Origin: Ignavibacteriota bacterium
Lineage (GTDB): Bacteria > Bacteroidota > Ignavibacteria > UBA10030
Direction: 5' to 3'
NCBI GenBank assembly: GCA_963701295.1
Contig: OY969585.1
Span: 1,568,001 to 1,632,000 of the forward strand
DNA: 64,000 nucleotides
Position 1 is the stretch's first letter, and each line of letters opens with the position of its first letter. Below, piece after piece: positions 32,488 through 42,850 of the stretch. The notes under the pieces were generated by a model that saw only the letters and a list, made by a program, of their open reading frames with translations, did not search any database and was not told the DNA's origin. Made by a program: the position numbers and the translations under genes.

Positions 32488-32531
32488 TGTCCATCCTTCT
32501 AAAAACTTTTTAACATCACCTAAAATAAAAA

Positions 32532-32891
32532 TCAGAACGCATCTCGTATATGACGAATTTCTGCGGTTCCATTCCGATATTCAATTGCCACGATGTCGAA
32601 CCGGCATGGACGATCATCGATGTCGTGTATGAACAAATACCCCTCGGCAACGGCATGCACTTGTTCTTGTTTCTTTTCGGTTACAGCATCTTCTGGAGCG
32701 CCAAAAGTATTTGATCGCCGTGCCTTCACTTCGACAAAGACCAACTCTTCGCCCTCTTCGGCAATGAGATCAATCTCACCTCGCTCGAAACAAAAGTTAC
32801 GTTCAAGAATCTTCAAGCCGCTTTGTTCGAGAAAGTGAGCTGCCAGTTCTTCTCCCGCTTTTCCCCATTTTCGTCGATTCATAAGTGACAT
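32532..32891 (-). CDS. YraN family putative endonuclease (UPF0102)
   Basis: G..GE..A, GEIDLI, FVEVKAR, RFDIV. Start approximate. Confidence 0.9.
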   Translation of the reverse strand: MSLMNRRKWGKAGEELAAHFLEQSGLKILERNFCFERGEIDLIAEEGEELVFVEVKARRSNTFGAPEDAVTEKKQEQVHAVAEGYLFIHDIDDRPCRFDIVAIEYRNGTAEIRHIRDAF

Positions 32892-33121
32892 TGCGACGAG
32901 AGGCATTATCACGACTTCCTGCATAATATGCTACTGGAAAAGTATGGTTGATGCAAATTAGAATGCTCTAAAGATTATTAAAACACTAAAGAATTTCAGT
33001 AAAAATCCACTTGTGTGTGATCTCCATCATAGAAAACAATGTTGCCTTTTAATTTCTTTTCAGTTCCAGGTCTGATCGGTGTGTAACGGTTGATAATTTT
33101 TGAAGAGTAACGGAAACGAGC

Positions 33122-33751
33122 TCAAGATAAAAGTTCTCCCTGAAGAATGGAAGGATGAAACGACCTGCGATGAATTTCACATAAACCGTAAATGCGTATA
33201 GCCTCAATATGCTGAGGTGTTCCATAACCCTTATGCTGGGCAAAGCCATATTGTGGAAAATATGCGTCTAACTCGCACATCAACCGATCACGTGTCACTT
33301 TCGCGATGATCGAAGCGGCTGCAATAGTGAATGACTTTGCATCGCCGCCGATGATATTTTGAAAACGCAATGTATCATGTGTAAATGAATTACCATCAAC
33401 GAGAACGTAATCCGGTTTGATGGCCAAGTTTTCCAATGCCTTTCGCATCGCTAAATGAGTTGCTTGTAAGATGTTGATATGGTCAATCACTTTGTGATCG
33501 ATAATTCCCACTCCAACACTCATTGCTTGCTGCGAGATCATTCTAAACAATTCTTCCCGTTTTCTTGTCGACAACTTCTTTGAATCGTTCACGCCATGCA
33601 TGACGAATTCTTTCGGGAAGATGACTGCTGCCGCGACCACAGGGCCTGCAAGCGGACCGCGTCCGGCTTCATCTACTCCGGCAATGTGCTCGATGTTTTG
33701 CTCCCAGAGCGTACGTTCCGTTTTAAGATTCACTTCGGGATGTTGCTTCAT
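33122..33751 (-). CDS. rnhB: ribonuclease HII
   Basis: GVDEAGRGPLAGPV, DSKKL, LVDG, AAASIIAKV, HKGYGT, HRRSF. Confidence 0.97.
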   Translation of the reverse strand: MKQHPEVNLKTERTLWEQNIEHIAGVDEAGRGPLAGPVVAAAVIFPKEFVMHGVNDSKKLSTRKREELFRMISQQAMSVGVGIIDHKVIDHINILQATHLAMRKALENLAIKPDYVLVDGNSFTHDTLRFQNIIGGDAKSFTIAAASIIAKVTRDRLMCELDAYFPQYGFAQHKGYGTPQHIEAIRIYGLCEIHRRSFHPSILQGELLS

Positions 33752-34594
33752 TCACACCGAACCTGCAATAATGGCCATCAGACCAATTACCATAGTGAGT
33801 TTTAAATTACTACTCACGCGTCTCATATGAATGGAGGAGGAACCTTGCCACATCATCACTCCTGAAACACACATAAGGATGTCAGCAACGAAAATAATAT
33901 ACATAAAGGCAGAATGATATGCAGAATATTTGACCACCGCAAATGTGATACTGATGAGCGTAAGAAGCGACAAGGTTGCCAATAAGAGTGCCGGTCTGAT
34001 GCCATATTTGACGGGTAAGGTGACGGCATGTTCTTTCCTGTCACCTTCAATGTCTTCCACATCTTTCACTAACTCACGTGCGAAGTTAATGAGAAATGCA
34101 AATACAGCCGGAACAAGAGCCCGTTCGATGTGTCCGACTATGGCACCTCCATAGATGAACGCCATCCCCGTCATTAATCCGACGACGACATTACCGGCAA
34201 TAATGGTTCTTTTCAGTCGAGCCGAATAATAATAGAGGAGGACAACGGCAAAAATAACAATGAGCAGTGCAAGAGGATTGATAAATACATTGATACAGAT
34301 TGCCGTCATAGAGACTATAAACCACATCTGTTGTGCATTACGCTGTGTCAGCACACCGAGCGGCAATGGACGATTCGGTCGATTGATTCGATCTATCTCA
34401 ATATCGAACGAGTCATTAATGGCGTTTGCGCCAGCAGTCACCAACATACCTGTCAGTGCTGCCAAGAGGATGATAAGCAAATCATGTGTCGTTCCACCAG
34501 CGATCCAACACGCAACGGGAATAGATGCAAGTGTGATGAAGATGTTTATCGGACGGCTCAATTGAACGAATGCTTTGAGTTTTTTAGAATTCAT
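33752..34594 (-). CDS. UbiA-family prenyltransferase, DGGGP synthase-like
   Basis: NDSFDIEIDRINRPNRPLP and RELVKDVEDIEGD motifs; multiple TM helices. Confidence 0.85.
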   Translation of the reverse strand: MNSKKLKAFVQLSRPINIFITLASIPVACWIAGGTTHDLLIILLAALTGMLVTAGANAINDSFDIEIDRINRPNRPLPLGVLTQRNAQQMWFIVSMTAICINVFINPLALLIVIFAVVLLYYYSARLKRTIIAGNVVVGLMTGMAFIYGGAIVGHIERALVPAVFAFLINFARELVKDVEDIEGDRKEHAVTLPVKYGIRPALLLATLSLLTLISITFAVVKYSAYHSAFMYIIFVADILMCVSGVMMWQGSSSIHMRRVSSNLKLTMVIGLMAIIAGSV

Positions 34595-36407
34595 TGATCA
34601 ACCGAATGTGAATTTTTGCTGTGCTGAACGTGTCGCCTTCTCCTAATGCAATGCTGACACCGATCAATCCAAGTGCAGAATCCATACGCACGCCTATGCC
34701 ATAACCTACTTTACTTTGTTCCGATGCTTTTCCATCCATTGCAGCAAAAGCGGGTTGGACTATATACCCGAAATCAATGAATCCGTAGAAAAAAGAACGC
34801 GGTGCAACGAGAAAACGATATTCTAAATTTGTCCATAAAAGTCGTGAACCCAGGAACTGTCCTTCCTGGTATCCGCGCAATGTCATTGCACCACCAAGCC
34901 GGAACAAATCACTCACATCTATATTTCCGCTGCTGAAATCTCTAAGATGCAATTCAGTAGCAATGACTTGCCGAAGAAACGGCGAGAGATAATAGGAAAG
35001 ATCAAATATCACGCGGCGGGTTGTACTTCGAGACCCAATAGGAAAAGCATCGCTGCTCAAAGTCCGCTTTGTACCGGTTTGATATTCTGTGGAATACAGA
35101 ATGCCGTTTGTGGGTGTTGTTGGATTATCACGAGAATCATACCGGACAGATGCTCCCAAACCTGTGGTTTGACTTTCTGCCATAGCTTTGCTTCCGTCAT
35201 ATCGCTCAGTCGGATACACATTGTTCTGCAAAAACGAGATGCCCACGGAAAATTCCTCAGTGATCATCAACTCGGTGGCAATGTCGTATTCCATACGCAC
35301 AAATGTCGAATCCTGTTTTCGTTGAAAGAATCCAAGCTGAGCATTGACAGGATAGGAAGCTATCCATGGCTCAAAGTAGTGAAGTTCAGTTTCCTGAGAG
35401 CTTTTAGTCTCTTGATACCATCGGACGGAGAGTTTGCGTCCGGTGCCAAAAAGGTTTCTCAGTGAGATGTTGACAAGTCCTGTGATGTAGCCGTTTCCAC
35501 CGGATGCAGTGGAGGGAACATACCCAATCACTCCATCGAAATTGTTTTGGTTTCCCTCCACAACTCGCACCAACAATCCTGCCTGTTCTGCTTCTGTTAA
35601 ATATAATTCCGGTAGAGAGACGGACGAGAAAAGCTGCAAATGATCCAGTCGGCGTTTGAGGCGTTCAGGAAGATCACTGCTGAACAATTCATTTTCCCTC
35701 AAACGTGCTTCACGCATGATAACATAATCTTTGGTCGTCTTATTCCCTTCGATGTGTATTTCAGAAATGCGCAATGCTTTTCCTTCGTCGATATGCAACT
35801 GCACTGTTACAGACATTTCATCTGCAGAATCAATAAAGGAAACATTTTGAACTGTAATTTTTGAAAGTGGAAATCCTTTGCGCTCATATTGTTGGAGGAG
35901 AGTTTGAATGTCTTGTTCCAAGAGAGAAGGGATAAAAGGATCGCCTTTGTGTAGTTGCATACTCGGATATAACTCGGCAGCTATAAGATTTTGACAACCA
36001 TCGAATTCAATCTGCCGCACAACTGACGGTTTCCCTTCGGTTAGAAAGATGCGCACTCCCATATCGTGCAGTACGGTATCGTAATGTACCTGCATCGAAT
36101 CTATTCGAGCATGGAGATATGCGCGATTTTTGTAGAGATCGAGAATGCGTTCCCGATCGCCCGCTAATATAGACTCGGAGAATGGGCCGCCTTTTTTAGT
36201 TGAAAGAGCAGTGGTAAGTTGATTAGCTGAAAGGGTATGATTTCCTTCAAATTCCACTGAATGCACTGTCAGCGAAACTTGCCCGTTGACAACCGATGAA
36301 AGAACAAGATGCAAAAAACCCCATAGTAAACAACAAGCCGGTGTGAAGTATGCGCTGGCTCGTATCGAATGACGTAGGAGAAACCGACTCACCGTATCCT
36401 TCCCCAC
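34584..36407 (-). CDS. BamA/TamA (Omp85) family outer-membrane protein with POTRA domains
   Basis: Three POTRA-like repeats (FEGN, FDG, IEGN), NLFGTG, LRGY, terminal Phe. Start uncertain. Confidence 0.88.
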   Translation of the reverse strand: MGKDTVSRFLLRHSIRASAYFTPACCLLWGFLHLVLSSVVNGQVSLTVHSVEFEGNHTLSANQLTTALSTKKGGPFSESILAGDRERILDLYKNRAYLHARIDSMQVHYDTVLHDMGVRIFLTEGKPSVVRQIEFDGCQNLIAAELYPSMQLHKGDPFIPSLLEQDIQTLLQQYERKGFPLSKITVQNVSFIDSADEMSVTVQLHIDEGKALRISEIHIEGNKTTKDYVIMREARLRENELFSSDLPERLKRRLDHLQLFSSVSLPELYLTEAEQAGLLVRVVEGNQNNFDGVIGYVPSTASGGNGYITGLVNISLRNLFGTGRKLSVRWYQETKSSQETELHYFEPWIASYPVNAQLGFFQRKQDSTFVRMEYDIATELMITEEFSVGISFLQNNVYPTERYDGSKAMAESQTTGLGASVRYDSRDNPTTPTNGILYSTEYQTGTKRTLSSDAFPIGSRSTTRRVIFDLSYYLSPFLRQVIATELHLRDFSSGNIDVSDLFRLGGAMTLRGYQEGQFLGSRLLWTNLEYRFLVAPRSFFYGFIDFGYIVQPAFAAMDGKASEQSKVGYGIGVRMDSALGLIGVSIALGEGDTFSTAKIHIRLINEF

Positions 36408-37706
36408 AAATCTGTTTCGGGATATTGAAGACGATAGTCGCCAAATCCGGTTTCATCTACAAAAATAAATTCCCGATTTTGATCATAGTAATACCAAATT
36501 TCATATGGCTTACTCTCTGAATCGAAAGGATGGCGGTCTATGTTTTGTGGTGAACCATACTGGATGAGAACCATTCCCCTGTCTGTCTTCCAGCCTTCCA
36601 TGTATTGCTTAAAGTTCCTATTTGCGTACGCGACGCGTGCATAATATTCTTCCATCAGTTTATTTCGCGATGTTTTAGGATTTGGATTGCGTTTTGCCCA
36701 GAATTCAAGAAATCGTTTTTGTCTCTCTTCCTGAGTTGCCGCTTCTTTGATATAGTCAATCTCGCTTCCTTTTGCAATGTACCGAAGCTGATCCGTTGCC
36801 TTGTCGATGTCTGTGACGGTCAAAGGCAAATCCTTTATTCGCACAAGACAGGTACGCGAAGATGACGTATGAACCATTATCACCGGATTGACTTTAGAAT
36901 ATCCCGTGGCTTCAACGAAAAACACGTACTGACCAGCAGCAAGTGCCGGTGTATCAATTCGCCAAGTCATTTGTGTCCGATTGCCTGAGAGTACTTCACT
37001 CTTTGGACGTTGTGCGATGACTTCTTTCTCTTGATTGATAAACTTGCATAATAATTGGACAGAATCGAGTTGAATTCTGTTATAGATTTCGAAGAAGAGA
37101 TAAAAACCATTCGATTCTTTTGCAAGAACTCCTGTCAAATTTGGTACGATGTTCTTTCGCGTACCGTCAACATCCATTCTATGTACCTAGCATCAGATTA
37201 CTCAGCGCAAGCGAATCTGCGCCAAAATCTTTTACCACCATTGATTTGTGAAAGGCGGCTATTTTTTTAGATGCATTATCTGTTACTTGCAAAAGGAGTT
37301 CATACTTTCCTGGCAGGAGATCAGTCGAAAATCTTTTGAGAGTAGACAGTCGATGGGAAATGGTTTGCGTAAAATCTTTCAGGCGCAATTCCACCGTTTG
37401 GCTCGTTTGCCAGAGTTCTTGCTTCTCTTGTGTGAGTACCGTTGCGGATATTTCAATACGTCCTATGTATTGTTCTCCCTCTTTGACAAAATTGATCTCT
37501 GGATAGGGAACCTGAATATAGATATCCAGACGTCCTTTATTGGATGAGTCAGATTTGAATGCGAATGCTTCTGCAAGTATTTCCGATTCATATCCCTTTG
37601 ATTCATTTTGATTATCGATCTGCGCATACAAGTAATTGGCAAGTATACCAAATGCAAGGATTGTTCGTCCCGCGAAGATTATCCGTTGTATTCTTCTGTA
37701 TGCCAT
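36389..37706 (-). pseudogene. GWxTD domain protein split by a +1 frameshift near 37186
   Basis: ORF 37179-37706 (signal peptide, Ig-like) and ORF 36389-37177 (GWKTDRG, EIWYY) join as LMLVHRMDVDG if one G is removed. Confidence 0.8.
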
Positions 37707-37733
37707 AACGTTGTTCTCATGTAAGAATGTACA

Positions 37734-39038
37734 TCACGCCGCTGCAACGAGATCATACTCTGTTGCATCGGTAATAGTCACAGAGTGAAATGCACCTACG
37801 TCTATTGGTTGACTACTGCGTACGAGTACTTCTTGATCGATTTCCGGTGCGTCCCATTCTGTTCTTCCAACAAAAAAATCGTTCTCCCGAGTATCGATTA
37901 ACACCCTCATCGTCTTACCAATGAGAGATTCATTGTGCTGTTCAGAAATTTCTTTTTGGATTTCCATTATTGTTGTTTGTCGTTCCTGTTTCATTTCTGC
38001 CGGGATCGGATCGCCGAGATCAAACGCCGTTGTGCCTTCTTCTTGCGAATAGAGAAAGACACCGAGGCGGTGAAAACGAGTCTCTTCTACAAAATCGCAT
38101 AATTCCTTGAAATCATTTTCTGTTTCACCCGGATATCCGACGATGAGTGTTGTGCGGAGAGCGAGATTGGGAATTTCATTTTTCAACTGTACGAGCAACT
38201 CACGCGTTGCTTTCCGGCTTATGCCGCGCCGCATGGATTTTAACACAGTGTCAGAGTAATGCTGAATCGGAATATCGATATAGCGGCAGAGCTTTGTGTA
38301 TTTCTGAAATGCTTCTATAATATCCGTTGGAAATTTTGCCGGATAAGCATACATCAATCGAATCCATTCGATTCCATCAATGTCGTTCAACTCGCCAAGA
38401 AGTGTTGCAAGATGCCTCTTGCCGCACAAATCTAATCCATAGTATGTTGTATCTTGCGCGATGACAATGAGTTCCTTCACTCCCTTCTCTGCGAGCAGTC
38501 GTGTTTCATATACAAGTTCTTCCATTGGTTTGCTACGATGTTGTCCTCGCATCTGTGGAATAGCACAGAAAGAGCAAGGATTGTCGCATCCTTCGGAGAT
38601 TTTAAGATATGCATAGTGCGATGGGGTTGAGAGGAGACGCTCGCCGAGCAGATTGGTCTTGTAATCTACACCAAGAGAGTTCAGCACACTGCGCAATTGA
38701 TCTGTCCCAAAGAACGAATCAACTTCTGGAATTTCAGCGGCAAGTTCATTCTTAAAACGCTCAGAGAGACAGCCCATGACGACAATTTTTTTTATTTTGC
38801 CCAGGTTTTTCTTCTCCACAGCTTCTAGAATAGTGTCTATCGATTCCTTTTTTGCATCCTGAATGAAACCGCATGTGTTAATAACAACCATATCGGCGTC
38901 GTCGGCATTCTTCACAAGCTGCACATTGCTGTGCTTCAACTGACCAAGAAGCAATTCTGAATCAACTAGGTTTTTTGGACAACCGAGTGTAACAACGTTG
39001 ACCTTTGATTTTACAGCCACAAACATCCTTCCAAACAA
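37734..39038 (-). CDS. rimO: ribosomal protein S12 methylthiotransferase
   Basis: LGCPKNLVDSE, NTCGFI, LKISEGCDNPCSFC, RLMYAYP, DAPEID, TRAM domain. Confidence 0.97.
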   Translation of the reverse strand: MFGRMFVAVKSKVNVVTLGCPKNLVDSELLLGQLKHSNVQLVKNADDADMVVINTCGFIQDAKKESIDTILEAVEKKNLGKIKKIVVMGCLSERFKNELAAEIPEVDSFFGTDQLRSVLNSLGVDYKTNLLGERLLSTPSHYAYLKISEGCDNPCSFCAIPQMRGQHRSKPMEELVYETRLLAEKGVKELIVIAQDTTYYGLDLCGKRHLATLLGELNDIDGIEWIRLMYAYPAKFPTDIIEAFQKYTKLCRYIDIPIQHYSDTVLKSMRRGISRKATRELLVQLKNEIPNLALRTTLIVGYPGETENDFKELCDFVEETRFHRLGVFLYSQEEGTTAFDLGDPIPAEMKQERQTTIMEIQKEISEQHNESLIGKTMRVLIDTRENDFFVGRTEWDAPEIDQEVLVRSSQPIDVGAFHSVTITDATEYDLVAAA

Positions 39039-39044
39039 TAAATG

Positions 39045-39995
39045 CTACGACAGCACAACAAAGTCTATATAAAGATACACAATCGGGGAGATATAAACCA
39101 AACTGTCGAACCGATCATATACTCCGCCATGTCCCGGGATGAGTGTAGAAGAATCTTTGACACCCGCGTCTCGCTTGAATCGAGACTCGATGAGATCTCC
39201 AAGCTGTCCAAATACTCCAATAAGCACTCCGAGAACAATTGCATGGTGATATGTGAGATAGCCAAGCACAAATATTTTTGCTGTCACCATGGTCAGTATG
39301 GAAAAAATGAAACCGAATATAGCTCCTTCCCAAGTTTTATTTGGACTTACTTCCACGAAAAGTTTATGTTTCCCGAATGTTTTACCGCCAAAATATGCCG
39401 CCGTGTCACAGATCCAAATCGTTGCGAAGATGGCAATGACCGTATAACCGCCCCATCGATTAATCTGCGCAAGCTGCTGGCCATTGGCTAAGCCCTCTGC
39501 AAAGAATTTATGTACGGGAAATCCGTACGGAAAGAGTTCACGTAAAAAAATGAGCATGCCGAAACACAGTGAAACGACAAATACACCCAGTATCGTTGTG
39601 GCGATATTGATTGTCGGCGAACCTTTTGTACGAAACAACTCGATCAGCATGGTCAACAAGAGGAATTTGAGCAGTACGACGGCGAGAAGTTGATGTTGTG
39701 AAAACACCGAAAGATGGATTTCAAAATGGTCGATGACGAATTGGTAGATTTCGACTTGAAATCGTTCGTAGATGAAGACGGCATTGACGATGACTCCGAC
39801 GACGAGTCCGAGTGTTTTGAGCGGCGCAGCGCCTTTGGCTTCCGCAAGTCCATAGAATTCGTACAATGCAAGCGATGAGATGACGGTAATAAGGAAGAAG
39901 AAGAAATAGCCGCCAAGCATAGTCATCCAGAGGATGATGGGAATAGCGACAAGCGCCACGAGAACACGCGCTGTGAGATTTTTAAATTGAGGCAT
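39045..39995 (-). CDS. cdsA: phosphatidate cytidylyltransferase
   Basis: DTAAYFGG, SPNKTWEG, GDLIESRFKR, KDS...PGHGGVYDRFDS. Confidence 0.95.
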   Translation of the reverse strand: MPQFKNLTARVLVALVAIPIILWMTMLGGYFFFFLITVISSLALYEFYGLAEAKGAAPLKTLGLVVGVIVNAVFIYERFQVEIYQFVIDHFEIHLSVFSQHQLLAVVLLKFLLLTMLIELFRTKGSPTINIATTILGVFVVSLCFGMLIFLRELFPYGFPVHKFFAEGLANGQQLAQINRWGGYTVIAIFATIWICDTAAYFGGKTFGKHKLFVEVSPNKTWEGAIFGFIFSILTMVTAKIFVLGYLTYHHAIVLGVLIGVFGQLGDLIESRFKRDAGVKDSSTLIPGHGGVYDRFDSLVYISPIVYLYIDFVVLS

Positions 39996-40076
39996 AATTT
40001 TTAATGATTGGTGAATGATAAACAGCCAAGAATTATTAACTAACTAATTTGAATGAATTTCGTTCATTTGTTTATC

Positions 40077-41021
40077 TCAGCAAATCCGTCTCGAGATATC
40101 ATTCGTGATACGAAGATATACTACAAAACTGAGAAAGAAGAGCACAGCAAAGACAACCAACTCGAACAGCATCGCCGGTATATCTACTGTCGTCTGTGCG
40201 GCAGATAAAAGATTTTCGTCATTCAAACCGTAATAGGAAGCGAGCACCGCCATAAGGTTATTGAGGAAATGTGCTGACATGGGAAGCAAGAGACTTTGTG
40301 AACGATACCTCAGTAGTCCGAAGAACACACCCAATCCGATGAGCGGCACAACCTCGAATGGATTCATATGATACAAACCGAAAATCGTTCCTGCCAATAT
40401 TGCCGAAACGATTGGCGACATCAGCCGCTCAAATATTTTTTGAATGAGGCCACGAAAGAGTAATTCTTCTACAATCGCCGGACCTACTGCCACGACAAGA
40501 ATGACAGCAAGAAGTTCCACCGATGAATCAGCATGAATCAAAACTTTCGTTAGTTCCTCAAACAACTTCTTAATCGGTTCGATGAGATCACGCAGTAATT
40601 CCGGAAGAGGAATCCGTTCCTGAAAAAACATATATGCTTCAAACACCCGCTGTAATGAAAAGAGTGCAATGAGCGCAAGAATTGATTCTCGAATTCCCGG
40701 TACTCGAAACTGAAATACTCCACTCAATCGAGTAGCAAACAATCGCGCCAGCAGCAAGGTCGGAAGGAGGATGAAACACATCTGTCCGATGAGTGTCAGC
40801 CAACGCATTGTCCAAACATTTTCGCGGGTAATGGATGCTGCTCCTGTAACAAGAAATGTCAGCAAACCGCCGCCGACTTGATAGAGAAGAAAGATGGAAA
40901 CAAGCGATACAAACGCGAACAAGAGTGGATGGATAGCATGCCGATCGACAAAAGAAAGTTTTTCGGCAGTCACTTCTTCTTGATTCACAGATTCGGAAAT
41001 GTGTTCGTGAAATTCAGTCAT
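40077..41021 (-). CDS. CPBP (Abi/CAAX) intramembrane metalloprotease
   Basis: EELLFRG, FGLYH, HFLNN motifs. Confidence 0.9.
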   Translation of the reverse strand: MTEFHEHISESVNQEEVTAEKLSFVDRHAIHPLLFAFVSLVSIFLLYQVGGGLLTFLVTGAASITRENVWTMRWLTLIGQMCFILLPTLLLARLFATRLSGVFQFRVPGIRESILALIALFSLQRVFEAYMFFQERIPLPELLRDLIEPIKKLFEELTKVLIHADSSVELLAVILVVAVGPAIVEELLFRGLIQKIFERLMSPIVSAILAGTIFGLYHMNPFEVVPLIGLGVFFGLLRYRSQSLLLPMSAHFLNNLMAVLASYYGLNDENLLSAAQTTVDIPAMLFELVVFAVLFFLSFVVYLRITNDISRRIC

Positions 41022-41977
41022 GTAGCAGGAAGCTGGGATTTGATCATGGCAGCAAGCAAGGGGAACATAAGTTCGTGATGTCCCGTAAAATTATAACCTC
41101 GTCCGTGCTTTTGTGTCGGCCGTTCAACAACATTCATTTGCGGACGATACTGTCGGATCATATCAAAGTTGGCAGTGGAAAATCCTTTCGCTTTATAGCC
41201 GAGATTACGGGCAACAGTGAGCGCTTTTAGAAAAACTTCCGGCATGATCACCGCAGAACCGAAGTTTAATACTACACCGCCGTTGATGAGATCCTTGACG
41301 GAATTCACGAACACCTTGAAATCACGAAAACTCAATTCACCGGTTGCGGCCCCGTCCATCGTTGCTTGTTGGTGAACGATATCTGTTCCAATCGCTGCGT
41401 GTACCGTTACTGGAATGCCAAGGTCGTAGCAATTGGCAAGAATGCTGACATTCCGGTTGCGTCCGTTGTTTGCAAGAATATTCTTGGCAAGTGTTTCACC
41501 ATATCCATCAGTTGTTTCTTTCATTCCTTTTACAAGTGCAAGGTTGATGAAGTCGCCTGTTTCTTTCGACATCCCAAACGTTCCGTCCATCAAGTTTGCG
41601 GCTACATCTTCTGAAGTATGTCCCCACATCGCCGTTTCGACATCGTGGATGGAAGCTGCACTGTTCATTGCCACATGCGTGATGACACCGCGTTTGAGTA
41701 AATCAACAATGACCGGTGAGAGTCCGACCTTGATGACGTGTGCTCCCATCATGAGAATGACAGGTTTCTTCTTCGCGCGAGCTCGGACGATGTCGTTCAC
41801 GACATCGCGTAATTCGTTACCGATGAGAATGCGCGGCAGTGAATCGGCAAAATCCTTGAAGCTCGCTTTCTGCGCATCGAGCGGTATGGCAAAATCGTTC
41901 GGCGTCACTTTGCTCTTGCGATCTTTGATGGAAATTGTCTTGACGTGGCTAAAGTCTATTTGCTTGAATTTCGTCAT
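41018..41977 (-). CDS. conserved hypothetical protein, deoxyhypusine-synthase-like fold (inferred)
   Basis: MGAHVIKVG, IHDVE, VTVHAAIGTD, NFGSAVIMPEVFLK, GHHE motifs; function unknown. Confidence 0.6.
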   Translation of the reverse strand: MTKFKQIDFSHVKTISIKDRKSKVTPNDFAIPLDAQKASFKDFADSLPRILIGNELRDVVNDIVRARAKKKPVILMMGAHVIKVGLSPVIVDLLKRGVITHVAMNSAASIHDVETAMWGHTSEDVAANLMDGTFGMSKETGDFINLALVKGMKETTDGYGETLAKNILANNGRNRNVSILANCYDLGIPVTVHAAIGTDIVHQQATMDGAATGELSFRDFKVFVNSVKDLINGGVVLNFGSAVIMPEVFLKALTVARNLGYKAKGFSTANFDMIRQYRPQMNVVERPTQKHGRGYNFTGHHELMFPLLAAMIKSQLPAT

Positions 41978-41988
41978 ATGAGAATTGG

Positions 41989-42798
41989 TTACTCCACTTT
42001 TGCTTTAATCGGCCCGTTAATACCGGAGTATTCACGCAGTTCGGAATCTATCGATCCGACAACGACTTTCGTACTCACTTTCACCGGAATTTTTCGTTCA
42101 TCGTTCGTCAGCCAGATAACGATGCGGCCTTCACTCTTAAACAATCCGCCTTCTTTCATAAGAGGCTCTACTACGACGCAATTGAATTTTCCTGCTTCCA
42201 CTTCAATTTGCTGGTACCCAAGAAACTTTACAGCAAGCTGGTACGTCGAGTCTTTATAGAAATTCTGTAAGTACAATTTCTCACCCGGGCGCGATTTAGA
42301 AAAATCCAATGTGCGTACATAATACATTGCTGACACAGCATCGTGTACATATGGGGGAATCGCATAACGGTTATTTTTTGTCAAGGCAACATTGTTCAAT
42401 TGATCGAATTCTGCGGAAAAATCATATTTATATTTTCCTTCACGCACACGCTGTGTAAATCTCCATGGGAAAATACCTTTCGTGTCAAGCATCGTTTCGT
42501 AACGATCATCTACTTTATAGAAGAAGGAGAAGGTTGGCGTGGAAACAACCGTGAAAAGCACCTGATAGCATTCTTTACCATGGATCGTATCGATCGCGGG
42601 AATAGAAAACACCGCTTCCCCGGCTGTGATAAAACTGTAACCTACATCGTAGACAAGTCTTTCACCCAGAGAAAATGCAGATTGATTGAGGTTTCGAAGG
42701 CTGTCGACAGATTTTGCAACAAGCGTATCTTGTGCCCAAATTTGGGAAGTGGTAATAGTCAGGAAGGATATCATAAACACAACGAAGATTTTTTTCAT
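41989..42798 (-). CDS. DUF3108 domain exported protein
   Basis: Signal peptide; F..GE.L.Y, FYKVDDRY, IWLTNDERKIPV. Confidence 0.8.
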   Translation of the reverse strand: MKKIFVVFMISFLTITTSQIWAQDTLVAKSVDSLRNLNQSAFSLGERLVYDVGYSFITAGEAVFSIPAIDTIHGKECYQVLFTVVSTPTFSFFYKVDDRYETMLDTKGIFPWRFTQRVREGKYKYDFSAEFDQLNNVALTKNNRYAIPPYVHDAVSAMYYVRTLDFSKSRPGEKLYLQNFYKDSTYQLAVKFLGYQQIEVEAGKFNCVVVEPLMKEGGLFKSEGRIVIWLTNDERKIPVKVSTKVVVGSIDSELREYSGINGPIKAKVE

Positions 42799-42850
42799 TT
42801 ACAATATTCCAATCTTAAAAAAATCGCAAATCACAACAACTCACCATTGT

